64,000 bases of DNA from an uncultured Candidatus Saccharibacteria bacterium (GCA_964368835.1 CAYJCZ010000003.1:64153-128152); one strand, 5' to 3'. Shown: positions 26,999-37,123, counted from the first letter of the stretch. Made by a program: numbers and translations. Notes: generated by a model from the letters alone, not told the origin.

Positions 26999-28316
26999 TG
27001 CCGTTTTTCTTTATCCACTTTGCCTTGATACCTGTCAGCCTTTCATACCTCGCGGCCGCAAGATCGCAGAACCTCGGCTCAAGCTCGACCGCATACACTC
27101 GTCGCTTCAATTGATCTGCCGCAATAGCTGTGCTGAATGAACCCGAGAAGCTGTCGAGGATAATGTCGCCAGGACGAGTACAGCGTCGTATGGCCTTTTG
27201 ATGAAGCGCAGGCGGTTTGCTTGTGGCATGTTCGTATTCTCTAGCCCCAAGACGCTTTACGAACCAAAGATCGAGATGATCGAGGGCTTCGCTCATGAGA
27301 TTGTTTCCCGTAGTCAATCCGTCATTCATGATTTCGTTGAGGTTCTGGATATTCTTCGCTATGTACGGCTTTCCGCGAATTCCATATACCGCAGGCTCGT
27401 AGCATTTTGAGAACGCCACGCCCGGTGTTGGATTCTGGGCGTTCTTCACCCACAGGCATACGCGCTTGTTGTCTATGCCGACTTCTCGATACAGATCTTG
27501 AAGAAGCCCTATGTAGACTTGATCGCACCAATAGAAGATGTGTGCATCTTTCTCCACGACCGAAAGGCCGTTCTCCAGGCTTTTCTTTATGAAGCTTCTA
27601 TATTCGATTTCAGACCGATTGTCGTTCACGTTGGCTCCGTAGTTTTTCTTGCCTGAAATCCCCGCATTATAGTCGATTTTGATGTTGTATACGGGATCGG
27701 AATAGATCATCGAGGCTTTCTCTTTACCGAAGATTCGCTTGAGGACGACAGGATCGGTCGAATCTCCGCAGATAAGCTTATGAGGACCTATGAGGAGTAT
27801 GTCGCCGAGCTTTGTCTTGGGTTTCGTTATCTTCTCCAGCTCCTTTTCAACGTCGAAGTCATCATCCTCCGCTTTCAGATTTTCGTTCCATGCGTTTTCG
27901 AGATCCGCCTTGTCGAAACCGATATCCGTGAGCACTTTAAGATCGAAAGATTTGAGCGCGTCAAAATCCCATGTGCCGTCGTTCGTATTGCTTTCGAGAG
28001 CGACGCTATTCTTCTCTGTTTCTGAAAGTTTGCGATTCGGCACAAGCACCGTTACTTCCTTGATACCAAGTTCGACAAGAGCTTTCTTTCTCTGATTTCC
28101 CGAAAGGATCGTGTTGTCTGTATCGACTTTAACGACATCGTGAAAGCCGCGGGCCTTGATGCGGTTCTTGAGCCGCTCAAACGCTTCCTCCGTTATCTTC
28201 CTCGGATTTTTCTTCCAGGCTTTCAATTCACCGACAGATCGGCGTTCAGGACGCCAGACCAAATTTTGCTTTGACATAGTAGTGCTATATAACTGCCTAT
28301 AAAGCAGAAAGCCCAC
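26985..28316 (-). CDS. ParB-like nuclease domain fused to an N4/N6 DNA methyltransferase
   Basis: N-terminal ParB/Srx-like region and a C-terminal MTase with a (S/D)PPY-type motif (SDPVY) and an AdoMet-binding region. The fusion is common in phages. Confidence 0.75.
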   Translation of the reverse strand: MGFLLYRQLYSTTMSKQNLVWRPERRSVGELKAWKKNPRKITEEAFERLKNRIKARGFHDVVKVDTDNTILSGNQRKKALVELGIKEVTVLVPNRKLSETEKNSVALESNTNDGTWDFDALKSFDLKVLTDIGFDKADLENAWNENLKAEDDDFDVEKELEKITKPKTKLGDILLIGPHKLICGDSTDPVVLKRIFGKEKASMIYSDPVYNIKIDYNAGISGKKNYGANVNDNRSEIEYRSFIKKSLENGLSVVEKDAHIFYWCDQVYIGLLQDLYREVGIDNKRVCLWVKNAQNPTPGVAFSKCYEPAVYGIRGKPYIAKNIQNLNEIMNDGLTTGNNLMSEALDHLDLWFVKRLGAREYEHATSKPPALHQKAIRRCTRPGDIILDSFSGSFSTAIAADQLKRRVYAVELEPRFCDLAAARYERLTGIKAKWIKKNGNEER

Positions 28317-28419
28317 TTCGCAGGGAAGACGCAGAAATCAAGATTTGATTCCTAGGCTTTCTGTACGAAGTGGGCATGGCACACGAGTGCGGTACACCAC
28401 CTGTAATATTCAATTGTGC

Positions 28420-28770
28420 CTACAGTATACTCCTTTTCTTCTCCGCAATCTTCTCTCTGTGGATAATTTCGTTGGTCTTCTGTCTCTCCATTTGTCTGAT
28501 CTTTTCAATGACGTCTTTGCCCGCATAAATCGGAGTGCCGCCTTCCGGCACTTCCAATTTAATTTCTCCGCTTTCAATACCAGCCATGACATCGGGCGGA
28601 AGAGTGATAGCCATTTCAAAAGTACCGTCAGGTTTAATTTTTATATCGCTCGGACCGAATTTTGGTGTATAGAAACGAGGAGAAGTTTTTTGTACCGCCT
28701 TTTCAAGGCTTTGCGTCGGACGTTGTTCCTTGGTATGGAGCGTAAGATCTGTAAGAAATAGCTTTTTCAT
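28420..28770 (-). CDS. hypothetical protein
   Basis: 116 aa ORF. Confidence 0.45.
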   Translation of the reverse strand: MKKLFLTDLTLHTKEQRPTQSLEKAVQKTSPRFYTPKFGPSDIKIKPDGTFEMAITLPPDVMAGIESGEIKLEVPEGGTPIYAGKDVIEKIRQMERQKTNEIIHREKIAEKKRSIL

Positions 28771-28774
28771 TGAG

Positions 28775-29470
28775 CTAAAAACTTATATGCCTTCCTTCGG
28801 TGACAGAGCTTTCGTTTATTGGAACAAATTCAGTCATGTCCCTACTATCACCAGGTATAGAGCAAATGACTTTGCCGGAAATATGAAAATTCTCACCCAA
28901 AATGATCGGTTTGTATTTCGGATCCTTTGATTCGGGTCGGAGAATATTAATTTCACCGCGCCGTTCAAATCTTTTTACTGTAACCATGTCATCAACCACC
29001 GCCGCAACACGGTCTCCATTTTTGATATCACTAGTGAGCTGAATAAGGACGTAGTCCCCATTATGAATATCGGCGTCATTCATGCTATTTCCAATAGCGC
29101 GAACAGCCACGTGCGAAAAAGCCGAACTCAAAAGACTTTTATCAACCTCTATGAACTCGTCGTGTTGCTCGTTCGCAAAGATACTCAAATCATCGCACCC
29201 AACAGAACCAGTCACGGGGATACTTACCGTCGTTCTTAAAGAAAGAGAGCCGAGATTATCCGAAAGCTCGATGTTTCGCTTGGCGTGCTTGCGGCGTACG
29301 ATGTATCCCTTTTGCTCAAGGGCCTTCAGATGTTGAACAATGGTATTGAGCGACGCGACACCCTGAAATTGCTTGATTTGCTCAAGAGTGGGGGCCTCGG
29401 TATGGTCCTCAATGTATTTACGAATATAGGAATATATGGCCTGTTGTATGGCTGTAAGTGGTGATTTCAT
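28775..29470 (-). CDS. LexA-like or phage CI-like repressor (wHTH plus S24 peptidase)
   Basis: N-terminal LexA-type wHTH. C-terminal S24 domain with Ser in GNSM and Lys in VKRF. Confidence 0.8.
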   Translation of the reverse strand: MKSPLTAIQQAIYSYIRKYIEDHTEAPTLEQIKQFQGVASLNTIVQHLKALEQKGYIVRRKHAKRNIELSDNLGSLSLRTTVSIPVTGSVGCDDLSIFANEQHDEFIEVDKSLLSSAFSHVAVRAIGNSMNDADIHNGDYVLIQLTSDIKNGDRVAAVVDDMVTVKRFERRGEINILRPESKDPKYKPIILGENFHISGKVICSIPGDSRDMTEFVPINESSVTEGRHISF

Positions 29471-29488
29471 GGCTTTGTTATTGGGTTT

Positions 29489-29512
29489 ATTCTAGCTGAA
29501 GGCCGAATATTT
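29489..29512. promoter_or_regulatory. candidate operator in the divergent promoter region
   Basis: Inverted repeat AGTAcacatgtaaaTACT, with an ACATGT palindrome at its centre, between the divergent repressor and MBL genes. Confidence 0.3.
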
Positions 29513-29695
29513 TGCAAGTACACATGTAAATACTGGAAGTTGCTTGACTCTTCAATCCGCGATCGGTAATATAAGGCTCGCGTAACTACTCTATTGCCCG
29601 CGCAAGTTAGGACACTGGTGGTACTTCGCAGGACGCCCGAGCCTCCCTAGGACGTCAGACGGTTTTGGTCTTAAAAGATTTAATAAATATCACAC

Positions 29696-30574
29696 ATGAA
29701 CCCAACAGACGTTCTTGTTTTCGATGTAGGTCTCGGTCAAAGCATTTTTATCTACCCGCACAGCCATCCCGAATACGGGATGCTCGTCGATTGCGGTAAT
29801 ACAGAAGAGTTTGATCCTATAGACTTCCTTCTCGACAAGAACTATATATCAAATGGCATCCTTAGCAACCTCACCTTGACGAATTACGATCAGGACCACT
29901 TTTCAGGAATGCCGTACCTGCGTGAAAAGGTACAGATTCGCACAGTAAACTTCGCCAAGAACCTAAGCTCCTCGGAAATCAAGGCAATGAAAGAGGATGT
30001 TACCGAAGCCCTCGAGCACACATGCGCCATAAAGGATACCTACATTCATCCTGCACCGTATCATCAGCCTCCTTACGTGTGTCAGGTATTTCATCTGAAT
30101 AAGGAACATCTTCAAAATCCCGATACGAACAACCTAAGCCAGGTCGTCTTCGTCGAGCATCACGGTACGGTCATTTGCATCTCTGGGGATATCGAGGAGA
30201 TCGGTTGGAAGACCCTGCTTGCGACCCAACCAGCGATAAAAGACTGGCTGAAAAAGACGAATATTCTCATCGCTTCGCACCACGGCAGAGAAAACGGCTA
30301 CTGTAGCGAGGTATTCACGCACTGCTCACCCGAGTGCGTCATTATCTCGGACAAAGAAATCATCCACGACACGCAACGCGATATGTACTCGACCTACGGA
30401 GGACACGTTAACGGCGACGGAGTGCGCTTCGCAGGCGAACTCGATAAAAGAAAGGTCCTCACGACGAGAGACGATGGGCATGTTTATATCCGACTTCTCC
30501 CAGAGGGAATACGCTCCTACGGAAGCTTCGTTCACGAAGAAGTCCCTGTCCGAAGACTCACGCCGACTATGTAA
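29696..30574 (+). CDS. metallo-beta-lactamase-fold hydrolase
   Basis: HxHxDH-like motif (YDQDHFSG) and an MBL-like N-terminus. Confidence 0.65.
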   Translation: MNPTDVLVFDVGLGQSIFIYPHSHPEYGMLVDCGNTEEFDPIDFLLDKNYISNGILSNLTLTNYDQDHFSGMPYLREKVQIRTVNFAKNLSSSEIKAMKEDVTEALEHTCAIKDTYIHPAPYHQPPYVCQVFHLNKEHLQNPDTNNLSQVVFVEHHGTVICISGDIEEIGWKTLLATQPAIKDWLKKTNILIASHHGRENGYCSEVFTHCSPECVIISDKEIIHDTQRDMYSTYGGHVNGDGVRFAGELDKRKVLTTRDDGHVYIRLLPEGIRSYGSFVHEEVPVRRLTPTM

Positions 30575-30576
30575 CC

Positions 30577-31290
30577 TTGAACTTAATGATTAAAGATTTC
30601 CCTTTTACCACCTACGATTTCTACGCCTACCTTGCCAGCGGCATCGTATTCCTGTTTTCAGCTGACTTCATCCTTACAGGAGGCATGATCTTCAGCCAAA
30701 CTTCATGGAGCTTCGTTGAATCAACCGTCGCCGTCGCAAGCGCGTATATCGTCGGTCAGATTATCGCCATCCCTTCATCAATTATCCTTGAGCATTTCTT
30801 GTTAGGGATAGTATTCCGTAGACCTATGCAGATCCTAATGTCTCCAAAGCCTATTAGGTGGCACGAGAGAGTTCTTTCTGTACTAGTAGGACGCTATTAC
30901 TCGCCGTTCCCAGAGAGCATACAAAAAAAGATTCTCACGAAGGCTAGTCATATCCTAGGAAAGCCCGACACAGAGATACTTGAAAATATAGAATCGCTTT
31001 TTCAACCGGCCTATGCGGTTGCTCGACAAAACGAAGACGTCCGTAATCGTATGGATGACTTCAGAAATCAGTACGGATTCGCGAGAAATATATCTTTCGT
31101 CGGGCTGTTGCTCCTCGTAATGGCATTTTGGCAACACATGACATGGCCCAGCCTCATAATCCTCCTTACATGTGTTGCCGCAGGAATGTTTCTTCGGTTC
31201 GCAAAATTCTACGCATCATTTTCTGCGGAGCTTTTGAGGACATTCGCGTTTGCACAAGAGAATAAGATTCAATCCCATGAATCAAAATAA
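30577..31290 (+). CDS. integral membrane hypothetical protein
   Basis: 237 aa, multiple TM segments. Confidence 0.5.
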   Translation: MNLMIKDFPFTTYDFYAYLASGIVFLFSADFILTGGMIFSQTSWSFVESTVAVASAYIVGQIIAIPSSIILEHFLLGIVFRRPMQILMSPKPIRWHERVLSVLVGRYYSPFPESIQKKILTKASHILGKPDTEILENIESLFQPAYAVARQNEDVRNRMDDFRNQYGFARNISFVGLLLLVMAFWQHMTWPSLIILLTCVAAGMFLRFAKFYASFSAELLRTFAFAQENKIQSHESK

Positions 31291-32095
31291 CTTACAAAAA
31301 ATCTTCTCTGCGATTATAGGCTTCCTACAAGGCCTGCGCGTAAAACCTGTTGTGATAAATACTCCTGTGTCGCCGGTCAAACCCAAGGAAACTCCTGTTG
31401 AGGTTATTTCCCAAAAGACTGTCGTCATAAAATCAGAGATTCTGCCTCAACCAACAAGCAACGGTTTCCTCATCTGTCCTATCAAAGAAAATGATGCCGA
31501 TGGAAAACCGCTCACTTCACGTACCGTAAGAATAAGTGCGGTCATAGACCATTCAGGAACAGCTATTGATCCGAGTAGTACCAAATTTTGGGGCAAGGGC
31601 GCAAAAGATCAGACGGTAAAGGCTTTCAACGGAGAGGTGGGATGCGGCAAGCAATGTCCCGCAGAGCCGTGCGGTTATCAAAAACAGGATTTGAGCGAAT
31701 TCTTTGCGAATAAAGAAATTAATTATGTAGGCGTACGATCCGACGGTGGAAAATGTACTCTACAGTACGACGGCCATGCGGGATACGATTTTCCTTATTC
31801 CCCAGGAACACCCGTCATCGCTCCCGCTAGTGGTGAGTTGCATAAAGCAACTCAAGGAAGCGATCTGATATATAACGCTTGTTGGGATAAGGACCATTCG
31901 TTCTATATTAAGCACGATAACGGCTTCGTCACATGGTTTAGGCATTGCATAAAATTGGCGGACGACATAGAAACGCTCATTGGAAGCGATCTGACAAAAA
32001 TTTGTCGCGTTGAAAAGGGTCAATCCATCGCACAAAGTGGAGATTTTGAGAGCTGGAAGGTCAAGGAACAGCGGCTCATCTACATTTTGAGGTGA
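31277..32095 (+). CDS. M23-family peptidoglycan endopeptidase (LytM-like, possible endolysin)
   Basis: HxGxD-type motif YDGHAGYDFPYSPGTPVIAPASGEL. Start at the internal ATG at 31277 to limit overlap (listed start 31250). Confidence 0.7.
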   Translation: MNQNNLQKIFSAIIGFLQGLRVKPVVINTPVSPVKPKETPVEVISQKTVVIKSEILPQPTSNGFLICPIKENDADGKPLTSRTVRISAVIDHSGTAIDPSSTKFWGKGAKDQTVKAFNGEVGCGKQCPAEPCGYQKQDLSEFFANKEINYVGVRSDGGKCTLQYDGHAGYDFPYSPGTPVIAPASGELHKATQGSDLIYNACWDKDHSFYIKHDNGFVTWFRHCIKLADDIETLIGSDLTKICRVEKGQSIAQSGDFESWKVKEQRLIYILR

Positions 32096-32138
32096 GAAAC
32101 TCCGAAGGGAAAATTGTCGACCCCTACGGCGATAAGTT

Positions 32139-32531
32139 GTGGGAAATCTAAGACCACCAGTAATGTCAGAATCCCTGCTTACAGCCGATGCCTTTATAGA
32201 CGGAATCATCAAGTCATTAGTCTCTGGGCTTTGGTTCTGGACAAAAGAATATTGGGTCTATATCACTATATTTGTAGTGTTGGTGATTTTCGGAGTCATC
32301 GTCCAAATCAAGATGATGAAAAGCGGTGGTCACAGAAACCGATTGCCGCCCGCTTTCAATCGGCTCGTTGGTAGCCTGACATACTGGTTTATATTTTGGA
32401 TTCAGGTCGTAATCGCGTATTGGATTTTCGGTAACCAAGTGATTGATGATCTATGGTTCCTGATCTTCGGCGGGGTCGCTTTTCCTACAACTAAACTATT
32501 TCTGGTTAAAATTGGCTTTTGGTATTATTAA
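32139..32531 (+). CDS. small membrane protein, holin candidate
   Basis: 130 aa, three TM segments, immediately downstream of the M23 peptidase. Confidence 0.45.
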   Translation: MGNLRPPVMSESLLTADAFIDGIIKSLVSGLWFWTKEYWVYITIFVVLVIFGVIVQIKMMKSGGHRNRLPPAFNRLVGSLTYWFIFWIQVVIAYWIFGNQVIDDLWFLIFGGVAFPTTKLFLVKIGFWYY

Positions 32532-32551
32532 AAATAATAATCTAGACACTT

Positions 32552-32722
32552 ATGCCGTTTTTTACGAGTGGTACGCCCAACATAAAGGGTCTAGAAGATA
32601 AGATAGAAGAGCTACACCGATCACTAAAGAAGAAGTGGTGGGAAAAGACATGGATCCAGGCCATAACATTCATTGGAACCATCATTTGTATCATTGTTGC
32701 CCTGTATGGCTTCTTCAAATAA
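32552..32722 (+). CDS. small single-TM protein (56 aa), possible holin or antiholin
   Basis: Unlisted + strand ORF MPFFTSGTPNIKGLEDKIEELHRSLKKKWWEKTWIQAITFIGTIICIIVALYGFFK. The overlapping 73 aa minus-strand ORF looks spurious. Confidence 0.3.
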   Translation: MPFFTSGTPNIKGLEDKIEELHRSLKKKWWEKTWIQAITFIGTIICIIVALYGFFK

Positions 32723-32925
32723 AGTGACACTCCAATATCCCATTCCTGTGTCACTTTTGTCACTTTCCGCTATCGCTCAAGACGGGTCGATTTGATACCA
32801 TAAACGACGTCTAAACGGCCTTGTGGGGTATGGTATGACATGGTTCTACCCCGAGGAGGCCAACAATTTGACTTTTTTGCAATTTATTGTAGTTTAAATC
32901 TGAAACAGATTTTGAACAGCAATAT

Positions 32926-33432
32926 ATGAACTCAAACTCTAACGATCCTTACACGGAAATAGCGACCGAAATTCTAGCAATGGTGGCAGTCGACCAGACA
33001 ATGAGAGAGATGGTGCTTAAAAAAGGCGATTTCTGGGACGAGACAGTAGATAATCTGAATACTCAACGAATGAAAAAGATTATCAAGGATATAGGGTGGC
33101 CAACAATCGGAAAAGTAGGACGAGACGTGTCTTATGGTGCATGGTTACTTGTCCAACACGCAGACAGAGACGTCGCCTTTCAAGAACAATGCCTTGAGAT
33201 AATCAAGTCTTTGCCTACAGTCGAAATCGTACCTCAGGCTATACCCTATCTGGAAGACAGGATTCGCGTTAATAAAAAACTCCCTCAAGTGTACGGAACT
33301 CAATTCCGAAACCTTGTTCCCTGTCCTATCGAAAACCCAGACAAAGTGGATGAAAGAAGGGGAAAGTTTGGACTTCCGAGTCTAGCCGAGGGTATTACGG
33401 CACACAGAAAAAAGTATCCGCCTACCAAATGA
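32926..33432 (+). CDS. hypothetical protein (168 aa)
   Basis: ORF with the gene-start motif upstream. Confidence 0.55.
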   Translation: MNSNSNDPYTEIATEILAMVAVDQTMREMVLKKGDFWDETVDNLNTQRMKKIIKDIGWPTIGKVGRDVSYGAWLLVQHADRDVAFQEQCLEIIKSLPTVEIVPQAIPYLEDRIRVNKKLPQVYGTQFRNLVPCPIENPDKVDERRGKFGLPSLAEGITAHRKKYPPTK

Positions 33433-33483
33433 AATGCGAGCCATATCCTAGAGATGTGGCTTTTTTATGCGGTACAAACTCAA

Positions 33484-33503
33484 ACATCGTCCCAGACGGC
33501 CAA
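33484..33503 (+). repeat. intergenic motif copy 1 (CATCGTCCCAGACGGCCAAC)
   Basis: One of at least eight same-orientation copies in 33.4-38.7 kb, usually 20-50 nt upstream of a + strand start codon. Confidence 0.7.
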
Positions 33504-33528
33504 CAACGAGTTTTGATATACTGCTGTT

Positions 33529-34164
33529 ATGGAAATTCGCAAGCCAGTATTGAACAAGTCGGTCATGGAAACCGAAGTTGCTATCGATAGCGATTCCCTT
33601 GTGATACGTGTCGAGTCCGCCTCGTTTAGTGGAGCAACCCTAGAAGATAAAAAATTGGATGAAATAGATTTTAACGAAGCAATTATAGACAAGCTGTCGC
33701 TACAGTCTTCAACGGTTTCCGAAATGAAGATTACTGACTCGATAATCAAGAAAGGCAATTTCACAGGAGTGAAAGCTGAGAACATTCTCATCGAAAGAGT
33801 GGAGATTGAGAACACTCGCCTGCAAGGCCTCAATCTCGCTCAAGCGAATATGAGAGATGTGGCCATAAAAGATTCTAAAGGTAGCGGTCTTTCCCTCAGG
33901 TTCGCCAAGCTGAAAAATGTCGCGTTCATAAATTGCGATCTGGAGGAATCCAATTTCCAAGGTGCAGAATTAAAGGATGTACTGTTCCGGAACTGCAATC
34001 TGAAAGGCTCACAATTTTCACAAGCCCAGCTGAAAGGAGTGAGTCTCAAAGGCTCGAACATAGAGAATATTTCGCTACACAAGGACTCTGTCCAGGGCCT
34101 GACTGTCACCACTAGCCAAGCGCTCTATCTCTCCTCTATTTTCGGCCTCACCGTTCAGGACTAG
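33529..34164 (+). CDS. pentapeptide-repeat protein (Qnr/MfpA-like fold)
   Basis: Tandem A(D/N)LxX pentapeptides through residues ~60-200 (NFQGAELKDVLFRNCNLKGSQFSQAQLKGVSLKGSNIEN). Confidence 0.8.
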   Translation: MEIRKPVLNKSVMETEVAIDSDSLVIRVESASFSGATLEDKKLDEIDFNEAIIDKLSLQSSTVSEMKITDSIIKKGNFTGVKAENILIERVEIENTRLQGLNLAQANMRDVAIKDSKGSGLSLRFAKLKNVAFINCDLEESNFQGAELKDVLFRNCNLKGSQFSQAQLKGVSLKGSNIENISLHKDSVQGLTVTTSQALYLSSIFGLTVQD

Positions 34165-34189
34165 CGATTACGCTGGCATAAGCTGGTTT

Positions 34190-34209
34190 CAACATCGTCC
34201 CAGACGGCC
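34190..34209 (+). repeat. intergenic motif copy 2
   Basis: caacatcgtcccagacggccaac. Confidence 0.7.
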
Positions 34210-34377
34210 AACTACGTTAAATTTATACCGCTCAAGTATGGTCATTTTTAAATGCACTTTGAACAAGCTGCACAGTCGACTCGCAAGCAAATACCTCTAA
34301 AGGTTGGTTTTTGCCTGCGATTTATGTAATGTTGACGAAATCATTTTTTTAATGTAATTTGAAAAAAGACATGCCTT

Positions 34378-34806
34378 ATGAAAAAACTCAAGTTCCTCAC
34401 TCTTAACGAAACGCGAGTGGCCATAGGAAGACTTGCCGCCGCTCCGCACGAAACAAAGAAACAAGTCGCAACATTCGAAGCGTATGCGGATCCAGACCTG
34501 ACGGAAGGCAAGCTTCCGCTCCAGTTCAAAGGAATCGTTTTGGTTCGTTTGGAAAGGAGCAACAACTTCGGCATCACTCATAGGGATTTGGCATCAGACT
34601 TTATGCATGAGGCCTATGGCAATAGGATTCAATACATCATGAGCTGCGAGCCGACTATTGGATGGATGATCAAAGCCTCTTCTGGATCAGCTGTAACACG
34701 ACTGTGCAGCTCTGCCTGCAAGCTGCTTGCCGTAATTGAACAGCTCAACATACGAAACCCATTATGGAATGATCTAAACTTCTATCATAAAATGGGCTGG
34801 AGATAG
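34378..34806 (+). CDS. hypothetical protein (142 aa)
   Basis: ORF only. Confidence 0.5.
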   Translation: MKKLKFLTLNETRVAIGRLAAAPHETKKQVATFEAYADPDLTEGKLPLQFKGIVLVRLERSNNFGITHRDLASDFMHEAYGNRIQYIMSCEPTIGWMIKASSGSAVTRLCSSACKLLAVIEQLNIRNPLWNDLNFYHKMGWR

Positions 34807-34879
34807 ATATCATTACCCCCGGCATAAGCCGTGGGTTTTTATATGCAATTTCTTATAATATAGAGTAAACGGATTCCTA

Positions 34880-34899
34880 CATCGTCCCAGACGGCCAAC
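34880..34899 (+). repeat. intergenic motif copy 3
   Basis: ttcctacatcgtcccagacggccaac. This copy sits between convergent genes, just before a terminator. Confidence 0.7.
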
Positions 34900-34906
34900 A
34901 TCAAAA

Positions 34907-34934
34907 AACCACTATCCGTTTTGGATAGTGGTTT
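34907..34934. terminator. bidirectional terminator overlapping the cysE 3' end
   Basis: aaccactatcc gttt ggatagtggtt with flanking A- and T-runs. Confidence 0.55.
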
Positions 34935-35460
34935 GAGCAATTACTCTTTGTGCCGGAGGTACGCCGATTACCGTTGATCTTGCGGGAATATCTTTAAGTA
35001 CAACCGCCCCCGCACCAATTCTGACCCCTTCTCCAATCACGATTGGGCCTAGCAACTTTGCACCAGTACCGACTACAGAGTTTTTCCTTATGGTTGGGTG
35101 ACGCTTACCGCGATCTTTCCCTGTGCCGCCCAGTGTTACTCCATGATATAAGGTCACATTATCTTCAACGATCGCCGTACCGCCAATAACTATACCCATT
35201 CCATGATCGATAAATATACCCTTACCAAGGGTTGCCCCTGGATGTATTTCAATCCCTGTTAGGAATCGAGAAAACTGTGAAATCAATCGAGCAAGAAGCC
35301 TAAGTTTTTTTCTATTCCACAGCCAATGGCTTATTTCATGAATCGCTAAGGCATGAAGACCCGGGTAGCAGAGCAATACCTCGATCAAGCTTTCTGCAGC
35401 TGGGTCTTTTTCAAGAACAGCACGAACATTCGCTGACATTTTATTGAGCATATGGTACAC
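34912..35460 (-). CDS. cysE: serine O-acetyltransferase (hexapeptide-repeat acetyltransferase)
   Basis: SAT N-terminal helical region followed by left-handed beta-helix hexapeptide repeats ([22 protein letters not shown]). Confidence 0.8.
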   Translation of the reverse strand: MYHMLNKMSANVRAVLEKDPAAESLIEVLLCYPGLHALAIHEISHWLWNRKKLRLLARLISQFSRFLTGIEIHPGATLGKGIFIDHGMGIVIGGTAIVEDNVTLYHGVTLGGTGKDRGKRHPTIRKNSVVGTGAKLLGPIVIGEGVRIGAGAVVLKDIPARSTVIGVPPAQRVIAQTTIQNG

Positions 35461-35685
35461 CTTTCTGTATTTGTTGGATTAAAAGAACAGCGAGCCCTTC
35501 AAAGGCTCGCTGTTAATAATTAGATAGACACGCAACAATCAACAGCCAACCCTTGATGAGTGACCGTTGCAACATGTTGAGATGCTTTTGCGCTGTCTGA
35601 GATTCATATTATGGACGATACCACATATTATTTTTTCTCTCAATGATATGTATTTATTCGTAAAAATAACTTAAAAAGATTCCTA

Positions 35686-35705
35686 CATCGTCCCGGACGC
35701 GCTTC
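35686..35705 (+). repeat. intergenic motif copy 4 (variant)
   Basis: ttcctacatcgtcccggacgcgcttc. Confidence 0.6.
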
Positions 35706-35739
35706 AAATACCTGTGTTATATTTATTGGCGTAATATTT

Positions 35740-36099
35740 ATGTCTAGCTTTATAGGCGCATACATCTCATTGCTTAGCAAAATTCCTGTCATAGGATTAA
35801 TTTTACTTGCTTCTGCATCTGTAATTCTAGGTGATTATGCAGCAAAGGCTTGGTCTACAAATAATAAAGGAATATATCTCCTTCTCGCATTTGCAGGATA
35901 TTTCTTCTCCGGTTTCTTTTATATCCCAACACTACTACGCGAAGGTCTTATTGTAACTTCAGTTATATGGGGCTTATTGAGCACTATTGGTTTTATTGTC
36001 ATTGGACTTCTGATATTTAAAGAAACCTTATCCGTAACACAAATAATTGCAGTAACATTCGGAATAATCTCTATTCTAGTTCTCACTATTTTAGATTAG
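35740..36099 (+). CDS. SMR/DMT-type small multidrug-resistance-like transporter (4 TM)
   Basis: 119 aa, four TM helices, size and topology of the SMR/EamA-half family. Confidence 0.65.
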   Translation: MSSFIGAYISLLSKIPVIGLILLASASVILGDYAAKAWSTNNKGIYLLLAFAGYFFSGFFYIPTLLREGLIVTSVIWGLLSTIGFIVIGLLIFKETLSVTQIIAVTFGIISILVLTILD

Positions 36100-36148
36100 A
36101 AAGTTCACGCTTGCTTTCAGGTGTGTTTAACAAATAAAAAAGACCTGT

Positions 36149-36502
36149 CTATAACAGATCTTTGAACGAGATGTTTGCGAAAATTCTTCTCAATCCTCTG
36201 TGAGCAAGATTCTCAGCAAGCAATTCCACGGCAGCTTCAGGTGCCACTGAATAGAAGATTGGTTCACCAACAACTTTCCATGTGTCCAATTTATCTACAA
36301 ATTCGTGACTAACAAAGTAATAGTGACAATCATCATCGTCATAGTAAACTCCAGAGACAGAAACACCAGTTGGAGGTGCTGAAATATGGAAGATGCGTGT
36401 CTGCTCTGAATCAATCTCCAAAGTTAACTTATTGGAAACCTTCTTTCTCACAACACCCTTACCGGCCAGGAATACCATCCAATACGAGTCAAAAGCTTTC
36501 AT
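36149..36502 (-). CDS. hypothetical protein (117 aa)
   Basis: ORF only. Confidence 0.45.
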   Translation of the reverse strand: MKAFDSYWMVFLAGKGVVRKKVSNKLTLEIDSEQTRIFHISAPPTGVSVSGVYYDDDDCHYYFVSHEFVDKLDTWKVVGEPIFYSVAPEAAVELLAENLAHRGLRRIFANISFKDLL

Positions 36503-36564
36503 CCGTTCCCTATTTTCAATAATTTCCTTAAAATGTCAATGAGATATTGCAAAACGCTTACAAC

Positions 36565-36583
36565 GTCGTCCGAGACGGCCAAC
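36565..36583 (+). repeat. intergenic motif copy 5
   Basis: caacgtcgtccgagacggccaac. Confidence 0.65.
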
Positions 36584-36610
36584 ATTGAAATTTCAGGTTA
36601 TAATTTTCAT

Positions 36611-37123
36611 ATGAATAAAGTTGCAGTGATTCTGGTAGACATGCAGGATTTTTTTCTTAAAAATCTTAAATCCAACTTAATAAAGGAGCTCGTTGCCAAT
36701 CAGCTCAAGATTATTAATTTTAGTATTGCTCACAACATTCCACTTATCGTTTTGGAATATAAAGCAGGAGGGATTCTGAGAGGTAAAACAACAAAGGGGT
36801 TGCAAGAAAAGATTCAGGATATATCAGGGGCAAGAGTTCTCATTAAAGAGAGTAATAGCGGCTTTACAAAGACCGGCCTGGATCAAATTCTAAAGGAAGC
36901 TAAAATTACAAAATTAGTGCTCATGGGAATCAATGCGAATGGGTGCGTACAAGATACCGCTATTGGTGCTTTGCGCAGAAAATTCAGCGTAATTACCTCA
37001 AAAGGAATAATCGCAAATACCTTCAATGGGAGCATGGAACTATCTAGAAAGAATAGGAACTGGTATACGATAAACACCAAATTCTTTGAAAATGTCGATG
37101 GTCTGCTCCAATCATTGAATTAA
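36611..37123 (+). CDS. isochorismatase-family cysteine hydrolase
   Basis: VAVILVDMQDFF Asp motif and a conserved Cys in NANGCVQDTA. Start set at 36611, after the motif, not the listed 36533. Confidence 0.75.
   Translation: MNKVAVILVDMQDFFLKNLKSNLIKELVANQLKIINFSIAHNIPLIVLEYKAGGILRGKTTKGLQEKIQDISGARVLIKESNSGFTKTGLDQILKEAKITKLVLMGINANGCVQDTAIGALRRKFSVITSKGIIANTFNGSMELSRKNRNWYTINTKFFENVDGLLQSLN

Noticed and set aside
32542-32763. 73 aa minus-strand ORF
   Set aside because: It overlaps a better-supported + strand 56 aa TM ORF (32552-32722) in an otherwise all-plus lysis-gene context. Likely spurious.
33484-33503. The repeated 25 nt motifs as integron attC sites
   Set aside because: They are far too short and lack the paired R''/L''...L'/R' inverted core sites. 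They are kept as a regulatory or boundary motif.
36533-36610. N-terminal extension of the isochorismatase ORF starting at 36533
   Set aside because: The extension would translate through the conserved intergenic motif. The internal ATG at 36611 gives a canonical isochorismatase N-terminus.
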